54,025 nt of DNA, taken from the IMG/VR virus record IMGVR_UViG_3300030049_000021, positions 1 through 54,025 of that record; one strand, given 5' to 3'. Each line of letters starts with the position of its first letter. The stretch's first letter is position 1. Of this stretch, positions 35,468 to 44,978 are shown in pieces. Under the pieces are notes generated by a model. That model saw nothing but the letters and a program-made list of their open reading frames with translations. It did not search any database and was not told where the DNA came from. Source of the stretch: a virus (lineage: Duplodnaviria > Caudoviricetes). A program made the position numbers and the translations under genes.

Positions 35468-37830
35468 AAATCACCAAGACGCCGCTATTCGCCACATTTA
35501 AGCGCATTTTCCAAGACCTAGGCCCAGGCGCAGTTCAAAGGGCAATTCAGGAAGCCGGACCTAAAATACGTGAACAGGCCCGCATAGAAATGGCCCAGGA
35601 GATAGGGCGCGCCATGACTGGAGACTTCAATCTTCAGTCCATGGTTCCCCAGTCATATCCTGCGACACAAGGCAGCCCCCATCCCTTGTATGGTTACGAC
35701 TTCGCCAACTGGTTTGCAACTCCTTATAGCCCGCGAAGACGCCCAGACTCGCTAATCGACGTTCAAACTATCAGGCGCTTTGCGGACACATACGATATCG
35801 CCAGGTCGTGCATAAACCACCTGAAAAGAGAGGTGCAGGCCCAAAAATTTGCTATCGTTGCAAAAGATACAAAAGACACATCCAGGAGAACGAAATCAGA
35901 TATTGAAGACGCCTACACGTTCTTTACCAAAGACGGTGGGCTCGGCGAGAAGAATGAAGGCCGAAGGCATTACGAATTAAAGATGTTCGAGGACGTGTTG
36001 GTTCTAGGGTGCTACGCCAGTTATTACGAACTTAGCCGGTCCAGCGACATCCTAAGGGTTCTCAACATCGATGCGGCTACGATTAGGCCGCGTATGGACT
36101 ACTACGGATGGCCAGGACCAGGCGAGGATTGGTACGAACAATGGATTCAGGGGCTTATGGTGGGCGCGTTCAAACCTGAAGAAATCGAGTATGACGGCAC
36201 GTGGCCAACATCAAATAGCCCATGGTTCAAGAGTCCTATTGAGTGGCTTTTAGGTTCAATTCTCTCGGCACTCAAGGCCGATGAATGGAATCGGGCGTGG
36301 CTGACAGATGGTACGCAGCCTGGACAAACGATAACACTTCCCGAAGGCGAAGCATGGACGCCTCAAGCCTGCAAAGATTACGTCGAATGGCTGACTGCAA
36401 TGATGTCTGGGGATGCAAAAGCCCGTCAAAAGATGGTTTTTCTTCCCAAGGGCGCGCAAACGAAGGATAACAGCCGAAAGGACCAGGATTTTTCAGATTT
36501 CGAACTTTGGCTTGCCAAGAGAACCGGCGCTGTTTATGGAGTATCGCTCGCATCTATCGGATTTGAAGGATCTCAGTACAAGGTAAGCCAAGAAGGCAGT
36601 CAAAATCAGACATCTCAATTCGGCGCGGGCGCTTTGCTCGACCTTCGGAAAGAACACTACGACGGAATTTTAGCCAAACTCGGGTTCAATCATCTTGAAA
36701 TACTTAACGGCGAGACTGCCGAAGAGAAGCCGATAGAAAAGGCCCAGCGCCTATTTATCGCCACAGGAAACGTCGGATGGATGAGCCCAAGCCAGGCGTC
36801 TCAGGAAATGGGCGGCGAAGCGGTCGAGGGCGCTGATGAGATCATGGTGCTAAACACTTTCCAGCCGCTCAGCCAAGCAATGGCACCCCCTCCGGTCGTG
36901 GTTGATCTGCCTATACCGACAGATCCAACCAAACAGGCACCCGGGCAGCAAGCAGCCGCCCATCCTGGAAATTCAAAGACTACGGCGCATAAGGCGGCAG
37001 CCAAGGCCGATATTAAACGGTGGCAAACGAAAGCGGTGAAAAGGATTAAAGACGGCAGAAGCCCGTCATGTACCTTTGAGTCGGAGTATTTGAGCCCATC
37101 AACTATTGACATGCTTACACGTATTCTCGGCGGTTGCGATTCCCTAGAAATGGTGTCCCGGGCATTTAAGTTGGCCGAAGACCAGATCGACTCTGGCGAC
37201 GATGATTCAGACGATCAAGCAAAGAAAAAGGAGAAGCAAAGGCATCTTGTCGTACTGCTTCTTAACACGGTCGATGGTGCTCCAAGTGCCTTTGGGAATG
37301 CGATATCAAATCTTGAAACACAAAATCTGAGCGTGAAGGGCTTTGCGGACCAGGTAATCGAGGGATTGACGCCGTTGCATATCAAGGCGGCGACACTTGG
37401 ACGCGTTCGCGCAACCGGTGGGACTATGCCTGCGTTGCCATCAGACGCTGATATCGCACTAGGAACTCGTGTCGCAGACTCACAAAGGATTTATCTCGAA
37501 AAGATGGCAACTCAGATCCTAGCCGAAGAACTGAGCGACAAGCAGGTTGCAGACCGAATGAAACTCTACGGACAGCGAACGGTAGGGACGGCAAACGAAT
37601 CGTGGAAGGGCAACGTGGCTGATACAACTCTTATCAACTGGATAGACACGGGCGACAAATCGGAATGCGAAGACTGCCACGTACTTGCTGATAATGGCCC
37701 TTATACGACTGACACATTGCCCAGCGTTCCCGGCGACGGAGCAACCGAATGCCAGGTTCAGTGCCGGTGTTATCTCGAAACCGAGGGCGGTGAACGATCC
37801 TTCTATGATCCGGTCGACGAGATGCCGTGA
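35464..37830 (+). CDS. Portal protein fused to a MuF-like head morphogenesis domain
   Basis: Portal motifs (ID..TIRP, Y.Q, SP.E) in the first ~470 aa; C-terminal ECEDC and P.PG...T.C...CRC.L; follows terL. Confidence 0.85.
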   Translation: MKITKTPLFATFKRIFQDLGPGAVQRAIQEAGPKIREQARIEMAQEIGRAMTGDFNLQSMVPQSYPATQGSPHPLYGYDFANWFATPYSPRRRPDSLIDVQTIRRFADTYDIARSCINHLKREVQAQKFAIVAKDTKDTSRRTKSDIEDAYTFFTKDGGLGEKNEGRRHYELKMFEDVLVLGCYASYYELSRSSDILRVLNIDAATIRPRMDYYGWPGPGEDWYEQWIQGLMVGAFKPEEIEYDGTWPTSNSPWFKSPIEWLLGSILSALKADEWNRAWLTDGTQPGQTITLPEGEAWTPQACKDYVEWLTAMMSGDAKARQKMVFLPKGAQTKDNSRKDQDFSDFELWLAKRTGAVYGVSLASIGFEGSQYKVSQEGSQNQTSQFGAGALLDLRKEHYDGILAKLGFNHLEILNGETAEEKPIEKAQRLFIATGNVGWMSPSQASQEMGGEAVEGADEIMVLNTFQPLSQAMAPPPVVVDLPIPTDPTKQAPGQQAAAHPGNSKTTAHKAAAKADIKRWQTKAVKRIKDGRSPSCTFESEYLSPSTIDMLTRILGGCDSLEMVSRAFKLAEDQIDSGDDDSDDQAKKKEKQRHLVVLLLNTVDGAPSAFGNAISNLETQNLSVKGFADQVIEGLTPLHIKAATLGRVRATGGTMPALPSDADIALGTRVADSQRIYLEKMATQILAEELSDKQVADRMKLYGQRTVGTANESWKGNVADTTLINWIDTGDKSECEDCHVLADNGPYTTDTLPSVPGDGATECQVQCRCYLETEGGERSFYDPVDEMP

Positions 37831-37858
37831 AATTAGGTAGTGGTAACATTCACTCACC

Positions 37859-38212
37859 ATGGTAAACCAGTATGTAATCACCTACAAAGACCCGGCAACG
37901 GGGAACGTCGACACAACAACGATTGAGCGACTCGGGCAGCCTCATCCTTCCGAAGTCGGTCAATGGGTTCTGGAAAACGGAATTAAGACAGACGAGTTTT
38001 GGATTCCAGGCGAATATCTCGTTAAGGTTGAACGCGATACCACTCCAGACCCAGTTGCCGAACCGGTGGACGCACCCGTTCCTGCCGAGGTTGGTACGGT
38101 GCCGATTGTTAGCGAAACCCCGCCGGATCCTATTCCAAACACGCAAGCAGCGCAAGTCGTAGACGCGCCGGCAGTGGGAGTCACACCCGAAGATCCGGCC
38201 GCTAATCAGTAG
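37859..38212 (+). CDS. Hypothetical protein with Pro-rich tail
   Basis: 117 aa, own extended -10 (TGgTAACAT). Confidence 0.65.
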   Translation: MVNQYVITYKDPATGNVDTTTIERLGQPHPSEVGQWVLENGIKTDEFWIPGEYLVKVERDTTPDPVAEPVDAPVPAEVGTVPIVSETPPDPIPNTQAAQVVDAPAVGVTPEDPAANQ

Positions 38213-38288
38213 CACGACCTTAGTACGTGATACAATGAAAAGGCCCGCAGTCACGCGGGCCAAACACCAAGAGCATTAGAGGTGCCCA

Positions 38289-38561
38289 ATGGATGAAAAC
38301 AGTTTAACAGATAAGAAGACCTCCGTAGGTTCAGGAATGGCCTATACGACTGATGCGGATGGCTTGGTACATATTCCGAGTTTTTCCTTAGTGCCGTGCA
38401 AACCCGGATCGTGGAACGAAGCTCACGAAATAGATCCCCTTTCGGGCGCTAGAATCCTTCCGACAGAAGATGCATCCGTCGAATCCGAGTGGCAAAAACT
38501 GCACGAAATTGAGGCTAACCGCATGATCGCAAGCGGCGAGGGAAAGGTTCAAAAGTCGTGA
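38289..38561 (+). CDS. Hypothetical protein
   Basis: 90 aa, GAGG Shine-Dalgarno, own promoter TGaTACAAT upstream. Confidence 0.6.
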   Translation: MDENSLTDKKTSVGSGMAYTTDADGLVHIPSFSLVPCKPGSWNEAHEIDPLSGARILPTEDASVESEWQKLHEIEANRMIASGEGKVQKS

Positions 38562-38893
38562 ACATTATTCTGGTTCCCGCTCATCTTGATGCGCTGTCTA
38601 AAATTCTGGATCAACCATGCGCTCAGCTTGGCGTCCGGGTGCCAATCGTCGAGAGTCAGCGGACTTGGTTCGGAGTTCCGGTAGGCCAACCTGAAAGAGC
38701 GTTCGTAGAGTGCTTCCCGGTCCTATTTGAGACACCTGATGGAGATCAAATACCAGCGTTCCAAGTCGGCGGCGCTAAACCTGGCAGATGGATAACAGAA
38801 TGGGCCGACGCAGATGAGCGGTTAGACATGCCGCTTGGATATTGCCAAGGCCAATGGTTCTACAATCCGTTGCTTTGCGGAGAAGAAAGATGA
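38558..38893 (+). CDS. Hypothetical protein
   Basis: 111 aa, GTGA and ATGA overlaps. Confidence 0.6.
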   Translation: MNIILVPAHLDALSKILDQPCAQLGVRVPIVESQRTWFGVPVGQPERAFVECFPVLFETPDGDQIPAFQVGGAKPGRWITEWADADERLDMPLGYCQGQWFYNPLLCGEER

Positions 38894-39078
38894 TTGAGAT
38901 CCCAGACCCGACAAAAGGAACCGACGAGGAAAAGATAGCTTGGCTTTTGCGCGAGCTTAGCCGCGACTATCGCATCCAAATCTACGCAATCCGCGTGGCC
39001 TTTGGACGTTATGCATATCCTGGCATTGATGTTCGTTACCGTGGTCGGGTCGGATTCTTACCTTACGTAAAGTTCTGA
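38890..39078 (+). CDS. Hypothetical protein
   Basis: 62 aa, ATGA overlap. Confidence 0.5.
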   Translation: MIEIPDPTKGTDEEKIAWLLRELSRDYRIQIYAIRVAFGRYAYPGIDVRYRGRVGFLPYVKF

Positions 39079-39150
39079 CATAAAGACTAAGATGCCTTTT
39101 TGAACCTAACTAATTGACTTTCCCGTGTTTTAGGATAGAATGCGGGAACA

Positions 39151-39747
39151 ATGCCGCAGCTTGCAGAGATTTTTAGGGTTTGGAGTGGTAATGCTGCGTC
39201 ACCCGGAAAGACCGTAACCGCAAACGGTAATCTCGTCCAACTTAACGGTTCCGTCAATTCTCCGACGATTCCTGTAGGTTCGCTTGATATGCTCGATATT
39301 AACGCGAACGTGACGAGCCTGCGTGGCGTCTTGCCGACTATTACGTTCGTTTGGTCACGGATAGATCCATTTGGAAACGCCTTTCCGATGGCAACTACCG
39401 GGCTCAGCGCGGCCGGAAAGGCGACACTCGACATTGGCCCAGGTCTTTCGAACGGATTCAGCCCGGGTTCTGTTGGCCAGTTATCGTGGACTTTGGCTGG
39501 TACAGTAATTTCGACAACCGTAGGAACCGGTGCCAACTCTACAACTCAGAATCTGAGTTCAACGACCGGCATACTGGCTGGTGACTCCCTTTTCTTCCAT
39601 ACTGCAAATGTGACGGTGACTGTTGTTAGTGTCACTGATGGCAGTCACCTCGTCGTTAATACAGCGGTCAGTTCAACAAATGGCGAAACTGTGACAGTGC
39701 CAAACACGCCAGCGGCAACCATGACGATCTTCGGAGAAGGCAAATGA
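39151..39747 (+). CDS. Putative head decoration protein sharing a domain with the capsid insertion
   Basis: Beta-rich 198 aa; a 62-aa segment aligns ungapped to the MCP insertion. Confidence 0.65.
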   Translation: MPQLAEIFRVWSGNAASPGKTVTANGNLVQLNGSVNSPTIPVGSLDMLDINANVTSLRGVLPTITFVWSRIDPFGNAFPMATTGLSAAGKATLDIGPGLSNGFSPGSVGQLSWTLAGTVISTTVGTGANSTTQNLSSTTGILAGDSLFFHTANVTVTVVSVTDGSHLVVNTAVSSTNGETVTVPNTPAATMTIFGEGK

Positions 39748-39897
39748 CGACAAACTTGGTAGACCTCGACCCTCAGTTGTATACGGCTGGCGGAAACTCC
39801 GTATCGTTCGATACCGACAAGCTTGACCACCAGCGAGGTTGTGAACGTTCTTAACACGCCATCCGTTACATTCTCCGCAAGCATCCAGGGCCGCTAA
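39744..39897 (+). pseudogene. Deleted/frameshifted paralogue of 39151-39747
   Basis: Starts with an ATGA overlap. The +1 frame ends TSEVVNVLNTPSVTFSASIQGR*, resembling the neighbour's TNGETVTVPNTPAATMTIFGEGK*. Confidence 0.45.
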
Positions 39898-39903
39898 ACG
39901 ATC

Positions 39904-41475
39904 ATGAGAAAAGAAAAGACAACCGGGCTTAACCTATTCTTCCCGATTACGAGGGTTGACGAAGAAACTCGAATAGTAGAAGGTGTGGCATTCGCTAACG
40001 AACAGGTTCAAGGTGACAAGCGCAAACTCCCTGCGTCGGTACTTGAGCGCGCTACACCTGACTACATGAAGTTCGCGGCTGTCCGTGAGATGCACGGCAA
40101 GAATGCAGCAGGCACCGCTCTACCGCTAGACCCGGAGATCGCCCGTCAGTGCGGCGTATTCTGGGAAGACCGAGACGGAAAGCGCGTGGCCGTCTTACGC
40201 TCGTACATTTCTGACGACGCGGCATTAAAGAAAGCACGCGACGGCACCTATAAAGGCTACTCCGTTGGCGTCATGCCTACCTCGGTTCGTGGAAACAATG
40301 TGGAGTCATGCACTTGGTACGAGACCTCACTTGTTGACCGTCCAGCTGACCCAGACGCTCTGCTTTCGATTGCCCGCGCGGATGGCATTCAAGAAGAGGG
40401 AGAATGCGCCATTCTCGACGATTACACCAGCGACGATGATCTGCTTTCTCGAATGTGGGGTGACGGAGATTTTGAGCCTATTCTAAGAGCCGAGGATGAC
40501 GGTCTGGGTGAAATTATCGAACGGCAAAAGACAAAGTGGACAAAAGAAAAGCGTGATGCCCTGCCGGTTAAGAACTTCGCTTGGCCAGAAAAAAGGAAGT
40601 ATCCAATTGAAGATCAAAAGGATGTCGACGACGCGGCGCGCCTAATCGGTCGAGCGCCCGAAGCAATGCGATCGAAGATCAAGTCGCGTATCATGTCTAT
40701 CGCGAAGAGGCTTGACCTCAAGATTCCAGAGTCTTGGTCAACGGATGCAAGCGAGCGAACCGAGACCGATTTTTCGATCATGCGCGGCGCATTTGCCAGC
40801 ATGATGACGAGCATGATGCCTTGGCGTCTCAGGTACATGGCATTTGACACCCTTTCAGATGCTATCGGGATGATTCAAAGCACCACCTATGCTGATCCGT
40901 CTCAGATGGAACACGACGTTAGGACCGCTCTCGACGAATTCGCGGAATTCATCATGCCAATCGTCAAAGACAAGTCCTGGCCAGACGCCGACTGCTTTGA
41001 TGATATGGATAGTGACGAGGATGCCGAGCGCGGAGCGACGCCGACCCTCCTTCGCTTAATCCAAGCGAGTCGCAATCAGACGTTCCTCGAAAGAAGGGCT
41101 ACTGAATCAGAAGCGGTAGCGATTGAGCGACTAGAAAAGATTTCAACTCTCGAAAGAGAATTGAGTACAGCAAATAGTGAACTCCTTACAGTGCAAGGGC
41201 TTGAAAGAGCCGCAAGAGAAGAAGTAGCGAAGCTGTCAAAAGAGCCACAACGTAGACCACCAGTTCGAATTACCGAAGGTATAGAGCGCAAATGGGGATC
41301 TATGTTGCCAGACGACGACGCAGCGGAAATCAAGCGTCTTCAGGACGAACACGCGGGCATTATGTCCCGCAGACTATCCATGACGGCAGGAGAGCGTGAA
41401 AATGCTTCTCACCGGCTAATCGTGCTCGAACAGCAGATAACCCGCCTCGGCGGCAGAGTCTACGCAAACCAATAG
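39904..41475 (+). CDS. Prohead (HK97-type) protease with inserted DUF6582-like domain and coiled-coil scaffold
   Basis: V.G.A, VREMH...AAG, G.YKGYSVG, E.SLVDRPA.P; insert R.ALP...FAWP..RKYPI.D...V..A...IGRA; C-terminal heptads. Confidence 0.85.
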   Translation: MRKEKTTGLNLFFPITRVDEETRIVEGVAFANEQVQGDKRKLPASVLERATPDYMKFAAVREMHGKNAAGTALPLDPEIARQCGVFWEDRDGKRVAVLRSYISDDAALKKARDGTYKGYSVGVMPTSVRGNNVESCTWYETSLVDRPADPDALLSIARADGIQEEGECAILDDYTSDDDLLSRMWGDGDFEPILRAEDDGLGEIIERQKTKWTKEKRDALPVKNFAWPEKRKYPIEDQKDVDDAARLIGRAPEAMRSKIKSRIMSIAKRLDLKIPESWSTDASERTETDFSIMRGAFASMMTSMMPWRLRYMAFDTLSDAIGMIQSTTYADPSQMEHDVRTALDEFAEFIMPIVKDKSWPDADCFDDMDSDEDAERGATPTLLRLIQASRNQTFLERRATESEAVAIERLEKISTLERELSTANSELLTVQGLERAAREEVAKLSKEPQRRPPVRITEGIERKWGSMLPDDDAAEIKRLQDEHAGIMSRRLSMTAGERENASHRLIVLEQQITRLGGRVYANQ

Positions 41476-41488
41476 GAAATTTAAGAAC

Positions 41489-42940
41489 ATGAACTTTTCA
41501 GGAGTAAATTTTGACCCTCGGCTTGGCAGCTTCCGAGCTGCACATCTATCGGAAGGATGGGCAACCGGTGCTTCGCCTTTGCCGATTTCGCGCGGCATTT
41601 ATACGGCAGGAATGACCGACGACATCCAGCGGCGAACGGCCATGATGGAGCGCGGAGAATTCGGAGGTGTCGATCCTTCTCAATTCTTGATGCAACTCCA
41701 GATGGACGTGCTTGCAAATATCAGCCGCGCGCAGACATCGGGCAACATCCCAACGCGGCAAGACCTTGAAGCCCCGGCGACGATGATTATTCCGCTGGAT
41801 ACACCGGTGCGAAATAAGTTGCCGCGTTCAATCGGATCGGGTCTTGCGTCTCAGTGGTTCACCGAGACGAGTCTAGGCGGCGGCTACGGCGTCTCCACAA
41901 CCATACCAAGCGGTACAGCGTCTGCGACACAGACATTTGCAAACACCAATGGTATGCAGCCGGGAATGTCTTTGTTCTTCTCGCTCTCGAACATCTATGC
42001 AATTGTTTCCAGCGTCACGAGTTCAACCGTTGCTGTAATGACGAGTTCGATTACGACCACTACGAACGACGTGGTCACCATGGGACCATACGCAGAGCTT
42101 GGACAGAATCCTCAGCAGGCATTCTTTGCGGAGTCTGGCGCCCCTGCCAACGCCTCGGCGGTTTACCTTGAGATCACGAAGAGCTACAAACTGCTCGGCA
42201 CACTCGGCTCAATTACTGGTTTGGCTATGGCGGCTGGTGCCACCTTCGATAATCAGTTGGCTGAAGAGAAGCGGGCGGCTATCTTTCGAACGATGCTTAC
42301 GGAGGAGTTCGCTCTTATCAACGGTAGCTCGACAAGCGTTCTACCTCCGTTTGGTGACGGCACCAACGCTCTTGGATTTGATGGTTTCATCAACCTCATT
42401 AGCACGGCAAACGGTACGCCGGGTTCGCACATCCAAACAGCGGTGGGAGCCTTAACTCTTGCCCACCTAGATGCGCAGACGACCCGAGTTCACAATGACG
42501 GCGGACGCGATCAGTACATCATCTGCAACGCTCAAGAATCCCAGTCGATGGTTCATCTGGCAACCGGGTCTGGATCGACGAATCGAATCGTCACGCAGAC
42601 CGCTAATATCACACTTGGCGCGACGGCGGCGTTCTACATGCAGCCAGTAAGCGGGCAACTTATCCCGATTCTGACATCGAGGTTCTGCCCAGCGGGAACA
42701 ATTTTGTTCTGCTCTGAGCGAGGTCCAGACGGTATGGTCGCGGCTGACGTTCGCGTTCTGCCTCAAGTTCAGTTACCAGAGCTGGCACCTAACCAACCAA
42801 TTCAAGGCTATACCGCGCAGGAACTTGCGCCTGCAATCGCATCGCCGCAGGTATATCCGTTCATCGTGAGTGTCTACGAAGTTCTTCGAATGAAGAACAA
42901 CTACGTGTTCGCCAAGAGCACTGGCGTGACGGCGGTCTAG
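41489..42940 (+). CDS. Major capsid protein (HK97 fold) with surface insertion domain
   Basis: Follows the protease. R.DLE......P.DTP.RN.LPR..G.G, F.ESG.P, EE..LING, FDG, C-terminal YEVL. Confidence 0.88.
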   Translation: MNFSGVNFDPRLGSFRAAHLSEGWATGASPLPISRGIYTAGMTDDIQRRTAMMERGEFGGVDPSQFLMQLQMDVLANISRAQTSGNIPTRQDLEAPATMIIPLDTPVRNKLPRSIGSGLASQWFTETSLGGGYGVSTTIPSGTASATQTFANTNGMQPGMSLFFSLSNIYAIVSSVTSSTVAVMTSSITTTTNDVVTMGPYAELGQNPQQAFFAESGAPANASAVYLEITKSYKLLGTLGSITGLAMAAGATFDNQLAEEKRAAIFRTMLTEEFALINGSSTSVLPPFGDGTNALGFDGFINLISTANGTPGSHIQTAVGALTLAHLDAQTTRVHNDGGRDQYIICNAQESQSMVHLATGSGSTNRIVTQTANITLGATAAFYMQPVSGQLIPILTSRFCPAGTILFCSERGPDGMVAADVRVLPQVQLPELAPNQPIQGYTAQELAPAIASPQVYPFIVSVYEVLRMKNNYVFAKSTGVTAV

Positions 42941-42995
42941 TCTGAACAACAACCCGCTTGGAGTGATATCTACGCGGGTTGATACGGAGCAAAAC

Positions 42996-43367
42996 ATGGT
43001 TCAAGAAAGACAATTAGTAAATACATTCAAGGCACCTCCAGTCGGATCTCAGGAAACGGCCGCCAACTTCAAAAAGTTCACCGTAGAACGGTCGGACTTC
43101 ATTGAGTTGCCGGGATGCCTCAGTGTTACCGAGATTCGGTTAGACGGGCACATAATCCCGCCATACGAAGACCGGGAAGTTCTTGCAAATACAACGGGAG
43201 CGACGAAGCCTATCAGGGTCCAACTTTACAGCTTGCAGGATTCGATTCATGGGCCGATCCTTATGAGGTCTGAGCAATCAAACGACGGTGCTTGGCAGGC
43301 AGGATCTACCATCTGGGTTTCCGGTACATGGCAAGACGATCAGCCTGCCACGAGCGGCAAGAAGTAA
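42996..43367 (+). CDS. Head-associated hypothetical protein
   Basis: Between the MCP and adaptor genes; GGAG Shine-Dalgarno. Confidence 0.6.
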   Translation: MVQERQLVNTFKAPPVGSQETAANFKKFTVERSDFIELPGCLSVTEIRLDGHIIPPYEDREVLANTTGATKPIRVQLYSLQDSIHGPILMRSEQSNDGAWQAGSTIWVSGTWQDDQPATSGKK

Positions 43368-43376
43368 TACGGCAAC

Positions 43377-44054
43377 ATGGCAGAAAGCGCATACCCCACG
43401 GATAGCCAAATTTCGACATTTGTGACTAACTCTGGGGTTGTTCTGCCATCCGGATACGTTTTCACAAACTACGGAGCGGCGGCGTCCGCGTGGTGGGAGG
43501 AGCAAACCGGCTACCAGCCGTTTTTGCAGACCGCAAGCGCGACTAGGACGTTTAATCCTCCAGGTGATCAACCTAAGAATCGCTCGTGGACTAACCTGCA
43601 GTGGGGCGGCGGCACCATTCTAAACCTCAATGCCGCAATAGCTAATCAGGCCGCCTTTGTGTCTCTCAGCGTTCAAGGCGTTACTGCCGCGTGGACTTTA
43701 GGCACAAATTTTTGGCTTGAGCCAATCAACGCTCCAGCGCAAGGCCAACCTTACACTCGCATTCGATTCTCCTATCCAATATATGGCGCGGCGTACTGCG
43801 TTTCTGTTACCGCTTTATGGGGATGGGGCGCAACAATACCGGAGGATGCTTTCCAAGCCATACTTCGAAAGGGCGCTCAGATGGCGATGGTCGATATTCT
43901 TGAGGGAATCGCCACTGCAACGCTGTCCATCTATCAGGGCGACGAGCGGTTTGTTATTGAACCGCGCATTCTGATGAAGTCGGGTGAGGGATGGGGGCTT
44001 TATGCAGATAGGGCGGCTGAGCGGTACAAATTCCGAAATTGGGGGCTGATTTGA
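43377..44054 (+). CDS. Head-tail adaptor (gp6/gp15-like)
   Basis: Y.T, A....E..TG..F, V.VT..WGW...IP.D...AIL. Confidence 0.75.
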   Translation: MAESAYPTDSQISTFVTNSGVVLPSGYVFTNYGAAASAWWEEQTGYQPFLQTASATRTFNPPGDQPKNRSWTNLQWGGGTILNLNAAIANQAAFVSLSVQGVTAAWTLGTNFWLEPINAPAQGQPYTRIRFSYPIYGAAYCVSVTALWGWGATIPEDAFQAILRKGAQMAMVDILEGIATATLSIYQGDERFVIEPRILMKSGEGWGLYADRAAERYKFRNWGLI

Positions 44055-44416
44055 ACCTTCAGTCAGTGGTTCTGCAGAGATGCCGCGCGGCCAGCACGGG
44101 CAATATGACGAGCACGGGGCAGCAGCTTTTACTTACCACAACGAAGAACCCGGACGGCTCGGATGCGTCAACCTTTACCGCGCAGACGCCGACATTCAAG
44201 TGCAACCTGCAAGAGGTAAGGGGCAACTCTTTGCCGCTTCCGTTCTCAGATATTGATCTAGCGTTCTACAAACTGTTCACGCCTTACACCATCGTGTTTA
44301 AGGCGCGAGATAGGGTCACGGTTGACGGAATAACCTACGAGGTTCAGGACACAGACCTTTACAGATCGCCCGACCAGATTAGTCATGTCTATCTGATATC
44401 GAGAACACAGCTATGA
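44051..44416 (+). CDS. Head closure/stopper protein
   Basis: L..PY......DRV.VDG..YEV pattern; gene position. Confidence 0.7.
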   Translation: MNLQSVVLQRCRAASTGNMTSTGQQLLLTTTKNPDGSDASTFTAQTPTFKCNLQEVRGNSLPLPFSDIDLAFYKLFTPYTIVFKARDRVTVDGITYEVQDTDLYRSPDQISHVYLISRTQL

Positions 44417-44955
44417 TTGATCTCCAAGTTCAGGCAAACTTTCCAAGGCTAGCCGCTTTCTCAAGGAACCTGCAGGATGCGATGATAGTTGGCGTTCAGG
44501 CGGCAGCGGTTGAGGTTGAGCTCATCGCTATTTCGGAAGTGCTACTTTACGAAGCATACGACACTTACGCTCTCATGGAGTCGATTTACGTCAGCGTCTA
44601 CGGCTATTCGACTTACGAGGAAAAGGCGGACATGGCAGCGGACGCCGCATTAAACAACCCAACGAACTGGCCAGATATTCGGCAGACAAAAATATTTAAT
44701 GGTGATGATCCATATTTAGTTTTGGATCCGAAAGTAGAGAGCCAATCGCGGTACGACGCGTGGGTAGCGGTCGCAGCAGCGCACGGGAAATATGTCGAGA
44801 ACGGCTATCTTTCTTGGTACAACAATTGGGTGCCCGCTCGCCCATTCTGGCAGGCCACAGCAGACCGCGCACGGCCAGAAGTGCTTAGAATACTAAGCGA
44901 AGCGTTAAATCAGGCACAATACGGAAGAGCTACGGCGCTTCCGGCAATTCCTTAA
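44413..44955 (+). CDS. HK97 gp10-like neck/tail completion protein
   Basis: DT.AL..SI, YVE.G......PARPF...A. Confidence 0.75.
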   Translation: MIDLQVQANFPRLAAFSRNLQDAMIVGVQAAAVEVELIAISEVLLYEAYDTYALMESIYVSVYGYSTYEEKADMAADAALNNPTNWPDIRQTKIFNGDDPYLVLDPKVESQSRYDAWVAVAAAHGKYVENGYLSWYNNWVPARPFWQATADRARPEVLRILSEALNQAQYGRATALPAIP

Positions 44956-44978
44956 AATTCATGTAACATAGGCGCAAT

